Of a DNA stretch of 27,325 nt, positions 23,017-27,325 are shown in pieces. Under the pieces are notes generated by a model that was not told the origin of the DNA, ran no database searches, and saw nothing but the letters and a program-made list of their open reading frames with translations. Source of the stretch: an uncultured Leptospirales bacterium (GTDB taxonomy: Bacteria > Spirochaetota > UBA4802 > UBA5368); the NCBI GenBank assembly GCA_964510075.1, contig CAZEAH010000001.1, positions 1-27,325 of the forward strand. Reading direction: 5' to 3'. Every line of letters starts with the position of its first letter. Position 1 is the stretch's first letter. The position numbers and the translations under genes are program-made.

Positions 23017-24084
23017 ATGGATTCAATGCGGACTTCCCGGAAGGTCTTGCTGATCTCCGATAACAAGCGCGCGTCGGTCAGCATCCGCGGGGCGCTGGGC
23101 AAATTCGGGCTCGAGGTGGAGAGCAGGTACCTCAATCTGAGCTCCGTCCCGATGATTAAAAAAATTCTCGCGCGAACCGGAAATACGGCGTTCATTCGCA
23201 CGGACCTGTTTCGTTTCATCCGCGAGGAGGGCGCGCCGTTCGCGCTGGTCATTGACTACGCCGCCGCCCTTGGGGCGGACCTGGGCGATGCGGACGGCAG
23301 GAAACTCCTGCGTACATTCCTCGTCTCGTACATCATACTCGCGCGGGGAAGGGGCCTGGAGTCCCTGCGGGGGAATTTCCTTCTGCTCGGGACGCCTCAG
23401 AACATCGGCGAGATAGCGCGCATCGAACAGAACCCGCTCTCGGTGCTCGATATCCTTACTACGCGGGATTCCATAGTAAACTCGTTCATCCAGGACCTTC
23501 GCTCGGACAGGCAGAAATTTTTAAGCCGCTTCCTCATTAGAGGGCTCAATACCGAGATGCCGGGCGGCGATATCGTCGATACGGTCGGCAGGTTCGTGCA
23601 GAGCGTTAACGATCGCGCGCGTCTGGCCACGGCGGAGACGGCGCCGGCGGTCGGTACCTCGCGCGAGGGGCCCGCGGCGCGTCTTCTCTACCGCATCGAC
23701 GAACGGCGGGTGTGGGTGGACGGCGATATCCTCGAAGTGGATTCCGACCCCGGATACGCCGTACTCAGGGAGGGGGAGTTCTACCTGGACGGGCATTATA
23801 CGAACAGAAATCTGCGAGAGGTCGACGGCAAGCTTAAAAACGCGATCGGCAGGGGGATCGCCACCCTCAAGTTCGAGGCGGACACGCCCATCGTCATCAA
23901 CCTGCAGGAAGGCTGTGTTACCGACGCCAGCACCGCGGCGTCGCTCGCGCAGACCCTCGTTCACGACCTGGGCGGTTTTGCCAACATCCGCGTCAGCGTG
24001 AGCGGGGAGAACAGAAAGATACTGGAAAAATCGACGGGGTACAATCTGCTGCGGGAGTATCTGCGTTTCGCGCCGGAATCGTAA
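23017..24084 (+). CDS. Hypothetical protein with receiver-like N-terminus and STAS-like C-terminus (355 aa)
   Basis: Long protein-like ORF from ATG 23017 (start uncertain). KVLLISDN...LVIDY and IVINLQEGCVTDASTAASL patterns. The domain calls are weak. Confidence 0.6.
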   Translation: MDSMRTSRKVLLISDNKRASVSIRGALGKFGLEVESRYLNLSSVPMIKKILARTGNTAFIRTDLFRFIREEGAPFALVIDYAAALGADLGDADGRKLLRTFLVSYIILARGRGLESLRGNFLLLGTPQNIGEIARIEQNPLSVLDILTTRDSIVNSFIQDLRSDRQKFLSRFLIRGLNTEMPGGDIVDTVGRFVQSVNDRARLATAETAPAVGTSREGPAARLLYRIDERRVWVDGDILEVDSDPGYAVLREGEFYLDGHYTNRNLREVDGKLKNAIGRGIATLKFEADTPIVINLQEGCVTDASTAASLAQTLVHDLGGFANIRVSVSGENRKILEKSTGYNLLREYLRFAPES

Positions 24085-24102
24085 GACGGGCCAGTGCCGG
24101 CC

Positions 24103-27100
24103 TCAGCAGTTGCGCGTGGAGTAGCGCACCGCATCCTCGCCCACTATCCTTACCAGACCGCTCATAAAGGAATCGCTCGGCGTGATGCCGAAGGTGTGGT
24201 GCGCTCGGACGATCTTCTCCTCTCCGCGCGCCTCGCGGATGTGAAAGAACACGGGGCAGGCTCCGCGATTTTCGACGATAACGCGCTTGATCTGGGAGAG
24301 TACCTCTTCGTCCACGCCGATCGGGTCCAGCCTGATATGGATGGCCGCGATCGATTCCCTGCGCGTCTCCCTGAGCGACTTCACCTCGTTGACGATGATC
24401 TTTTTGGGCTTTTCGCTCTCGAACTCCACGCTGCCCTTCACCATGACCGGTTCCTCGGTGGAAACGAGCTTTTCGTATTTTGAGAGCACGTCGGGGAAAA
24501 AGAGGGCCTCTATCGCGCCCTCCATGTCCTCGAGTTTCCCTACGGCGAAGCGCTTTCCGTTTTTCGATATGCGGGCCTTGAGGTCGCTCACGATGCCGAC
24601 TATCGAAAACTCAGCCGAGTCCTGGCCGCCCGCAAGGGCGGAGATACCTGTGCACGCGAACGTTTTAATCTCGCGCTCGTACTTTGCAAGCGGGTGGCCC
24701 GACACGTACACCCCCAGCACCTCCTTCTCGTGCTGGAGCTTGACGTTGTCGTGCCATGGCTCGATCTCCGGGAGCTCGTCGACGAGCCCGGCACGCGAAC
24801 CGGAAGGGGCCGAATCGAAGAGGTTCCCCTGGCCCGAGGCGCGGTCCTCCTGCAGGCGTCTGCCGCTCTCCAGCAGCATGTCGACGGAATGGAAAAGCCG
24901 GGCGCGGACGGGGTGTATGGAATCGAAGGCCCCCGCGCGTATAAGCGACTCCATGGCGCCCTTGTTGACCGCCATGAGATCGATCTCCTCCAGGAAATCG
25001 TCCAGGGTCGCGAAACGCTTTTTCCGCGCGCGCGCCTCCAGTATGGATTCTATCGCCTTTTCGCCGATGCCCTTGATTGCCGAGAGTCCGAAGCGGATAC
25101 AGCCGTTCTCGGTGGTGAAGTCCTTCCTGCTGTGATTGATGTCGGGCGGGAGGATGGTGATGCCGTTTTCGCGGCAGTCTCCCACGTATTTGATTATTTC
25201 ATCCTGGTTGTCGGGCTGGTACGACAAGAGCGCCGCCATGTACTCCAGCGGATAATGTGCCTTGAGATACGCCGTCTGGAAGGAGACGAGCGCATAGGCG
25301 GCTGAATGCGATTTGTTGAAACCGTACCGTCCGAACTTCTCGATCTGCTCGAAAATGCTCTGGGCGATTTTTACCGGTATCTTCTTGGACTCCGCCCCCT
25401 TGAGGAACTTGTCCTCCATCTGCTTGATTATTTCCGGGATCTTCTTGCCCATCGCCTTGCGGAGCTTGTCGGCCTCGGGAAGGCTGAAGCCGCCCAGCAC
25501 CTGCGAGATGAGCATGACCTGTTCCTGGTACACGATGACGCCGAGCGTCTCCATGAGGATCGGTTCGAGAAGCGGGTGTTCGTAGCGCACCCTGTCCGGA
25601 TTGCGCTTTCGCGCGATAAAGTCGTCGACCATGCCGGCGTCGAGCGGACCCGGCCGGTAGAGAGCGTTGACCGCGATGATGTCCTCGAACTTGGTGGGTT
25701 TGAGCTTGCGGAGGATGTTCTGCATTCCCGCGCTTTCAAGCTGGAACACTCCCTTGGTGTTGGCCTTCTGGAGCAGAGTGAAGGTCTTCCGGTCGTCCAG
25801 CGGAATCGAATCGAGGTCGATCTTCACCCCGTGATTTTCCTCGATATACTCCACGCAGCGCGTGATGATGCTCAGGTTCTTCAGGCCGAGAAAATCCATC
25901 TTCACCAGGCCCGCCGCCTCGAGCGTCACCTTGTCGTACTGTGACGAGACGCTGCCGTCCTTTGCGTCTTTGTAGAGCGGCACGTACTCGGTCAGCGGAT
26001 CGCGGGAGATGACGACGCCCGCCGCGTGCTTTCCGGCCGAGCGCACAAGCCCCTCGAGCGTAAGGGAAATGTCCACCAGCATGCGCCCGCGCTCTCCGGT
26101 CGAGCGGATCTTCTTGAAGTCCTCCGAGGCGTCCAGCGCCTCCCTGAGCGAGTCCTCCGTGATGAGCTTGCTGATTTCGTTCGCCTCGGAGAAGGGGATG
26201 CCCAGCACCCTCGCCACGTCCTTTATGACGGCCTTGGCCTTCATCTTGTTGAAGGTGATGATCTGGCTGACATGGTCCTCGCCGTACTTCTTCTTTACAT
26301 AGTCGATCACCTCTTCGCGGCGGTCCGCGCAGAAGTCGATGTCCATGTCGGGCATCTCGTTCCGGTCCGGGTTCAGGAAGCGTTCGAAGAGCAGATTGTA
26401 TTCGAGCGGGTTGAGGCTGGTAATGCCCAGACAGTACGACACCATGGACCCTGCGGCCGAGCCGCGCCCCGGACCGACCGGTATTCCCCTGGCCTTGGCG
26501 TAGTTGATGAAATCCCATACGATAAGGAAATACCCGGAGAACTTCATGCCGGTTATGACGCGAAGCTCGTAATCGATGCGCGCCATGACCTCGCCGGGTA
26601 TGTGCCGGCCGAAGCGTATTTGCGCTCCGTCGAGGACGAGCTGTCTGAGGTAGGTGTCGAGCGTAAAGCCTTCGGGAACCTGGAAATTCGGGAGGATAGG
26701 ATTGTTGAGCTCGAGCTCCAGGTCGATCATTTCGAATATCCGATAGGTGTTGTGCAGGGCGTCCGGAAAGTCCGGGAACACCCGCTCCATCTCGGCCTGA
26801 GTCTTCAGATAGAACTGGTCCGAGGAGAAACGCATGCGGTTCTCCTCGTCGAGGGTCTTGCCGGTCTGGATGCAGAGCAGGACCTCGTGCGAAAACGCGT
26901 CCTCTTTTTTGAGATAATGGCAGTCGTTGGTGGCGATGAGGTCGATGCCGAGCTTGGAGGCCATGGTAACCAGCGCGGCGTTTACGGTCTTCTGTTCTGG
27001 AATTCCGTGGTCCTGGAGTTCCAGGAAGAAATTGCCCTCGCCGAATATCTCTTTCATGCGTCCGGCCACGCCCGAGGCCTCTTTCGTCCTTCCCTGCAGG

Positions 27101-27325
27101 ATGAGCGTGGGTATTTCTCCCGCCAGGCATGCGCTCGAGGCGATCAGGCCGCCGCTGTGTTTTTCGAGGGTCTCGAGGTCGATCCTCGGTTTATAGTAGA
27201 AGCCCTCCAGGAATCCAATCGACGAGAGCTTCATGAGATTTCGATAGCCGGTGTGGTCCCTGGCCAGAAGGAGCAAATGGTAGCCGGCGTCTTTCACCCC
27301 GGCGCGGGCCTCCGTTTCGAAGCGC
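24103..27325 (-). CDS. dnaE: DNA polymerase III alpha subunit, 5'-truncated by the window edge
   Basis: PHP motifs (YHLLLLA, SACLAGE, ATNDCHY), GPGRGSAAGS, catalytic PDMDIDF, GFNKSHS, clamp-binding-like QGNLF, OB fold. The frame stays open to position 27325. Confidence 0.98.
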   Translation of the reverse strand, partial: RFETEARAGVKDAGYHLLLLARDHTGYRNLMKLSSIGFLEGFYYKPRIDLETLEKHSGGLIASSACLAGEIPTLILQGRTKEASGVAGRMKEIFGEGNFFLELQDHGIPEQKTVNAALVTMASKLGIDLIATNDCHYLKKEDAFSHEVLLCIQTGKTLDEENRMRFSSDQFYLKTQAEMERVFPDFPDALHNTYRIFEMIDLELELNNPILPNFQVPEGFTLDTYLRQLVLDGAQIRFGRHIPGEVMARIDYELRVITGMKFSGYFLIVWDFINYAKARGIPVGPGRGSAAGSMVSYCLGITSLNPLEYNLLFERFLNPDRNEMPDMDIDFCADRREEVIDYVKKKYGEDHVSQIITFNKMKAKAVIKDVARVLGIPFSEANEISKLITEDSLREALDASEDFKKIRSTGERGRMLVDISLTLEGLVRSAGKHAAGVVISRDPLTEYVPLYKDAKDGSVSSQYDKVTLEAAGLVKMDFLGLKNLSIITRCVEYIEENHGVKIDLDSIPLDDRKTFTLLQKANTKGVFQLESAGMQNILRKLKPTKFEDIIAVNALYRPGPLDAGMVDDFIARKRNPDRVRYEHPLLEPILMETLGVIVYQEQVMLISQVLGGFSLPEADKLRKAMGKKIPEIIKQMEDKFLKGAESKKIPVKIAQSIFEQIEKFGRYGFNKSHSAAYALVSFQTAYLKAHYPLEYMAALLSYQPDNQDEIIKYVGDCRENGITILPPDINHSRKDFTTENGCIRFGLSAIKGIGEKAIESILEARARKKRFATLDDFLEEIDLMAVNKGAMESLIRAGAFDSIHPVRARLFHSVDMLLESGRRLQEDRASGQGNLFDSAPSGSRAGLVDELPEIEPWHDNVKLQHEKEVLGVYVSGHPLAKYEREIKTFACTGISALAGGQDSAEFSIVGIVSDLKARISKNGKRFAVGKLEDMEGAIEALFFPDVLSKYEKLVSTEEPVMVKGSVEFESEKPKKIIVNEVKSLRETRRESIAAIHIRLDPIGVDEEVLSQIKRVIVENRGACPVFFHIREARGEEKIVRAHHTFGITPSDSFMSGLVRIVGEDAVRYSTRNC

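Noticed and set aside
25736-27130. 464-aa alternative-frame ORF within dnaE
   Set aside because: Arg/Gly/Pro-rich off-frame translation caused by GC3 bias; no start signals or motifs.
24103-27325. Intein or split in dnaE
   Set aside because: Domain motifs run continuously at the expected spacing, with no insertion or intein terminal motifs.
1-27325. tRNA, rRNA, CRISPR array, IS/integrase or prophage
   Set aside because: No cloverleaf, spaced direct repeats, transposase, integrase or phage genes were seen by eye, and the intergenic gaps are short; tRNAscan and cmscan would confirm.

Overview
GC-rich, gene-dense chromosomal segment, most likely from a spirochaete (inferred from an FlcA-like flagellar collar protein and a spirochaete-type lipobox). 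I support 27 protein-coding genes. Housekeeping or recognisable genes include dnaE (5' end cut by the window edge), panC, psd, a SlyD-type PPIase, an Endonuclease III-like glycosylase, an Lrp/AsnC regulator, a SNF2/RapA-like ATPase, a PilZ protein and an MBL hydrolase; the rest are poorly characterised. I saw no tRNA, rRNA, CRISPR array, transposase or integrase. Best leads: (1) a tightly coupled operon with a signal-peptide-bearing YidD-like protein and two paralogous TPR plus membrane-domain proteins; (2) a translationally coupled pair of a stand-alone Lon N-domain and a catalytically eroded GIY-YIG-like protein; (3) structured 5' leaders before the SNF2 ATPase (promoter, about 70 nt, then an intrinsic terminator) and before panC; (4) an exported tandem-CBM48 protein head-to-head with flcA; (5) apparently degenerate signalling proteins (PP2C-like, REC/STAS-like). 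All family calls are from motif recognition by eye; no searches were run.
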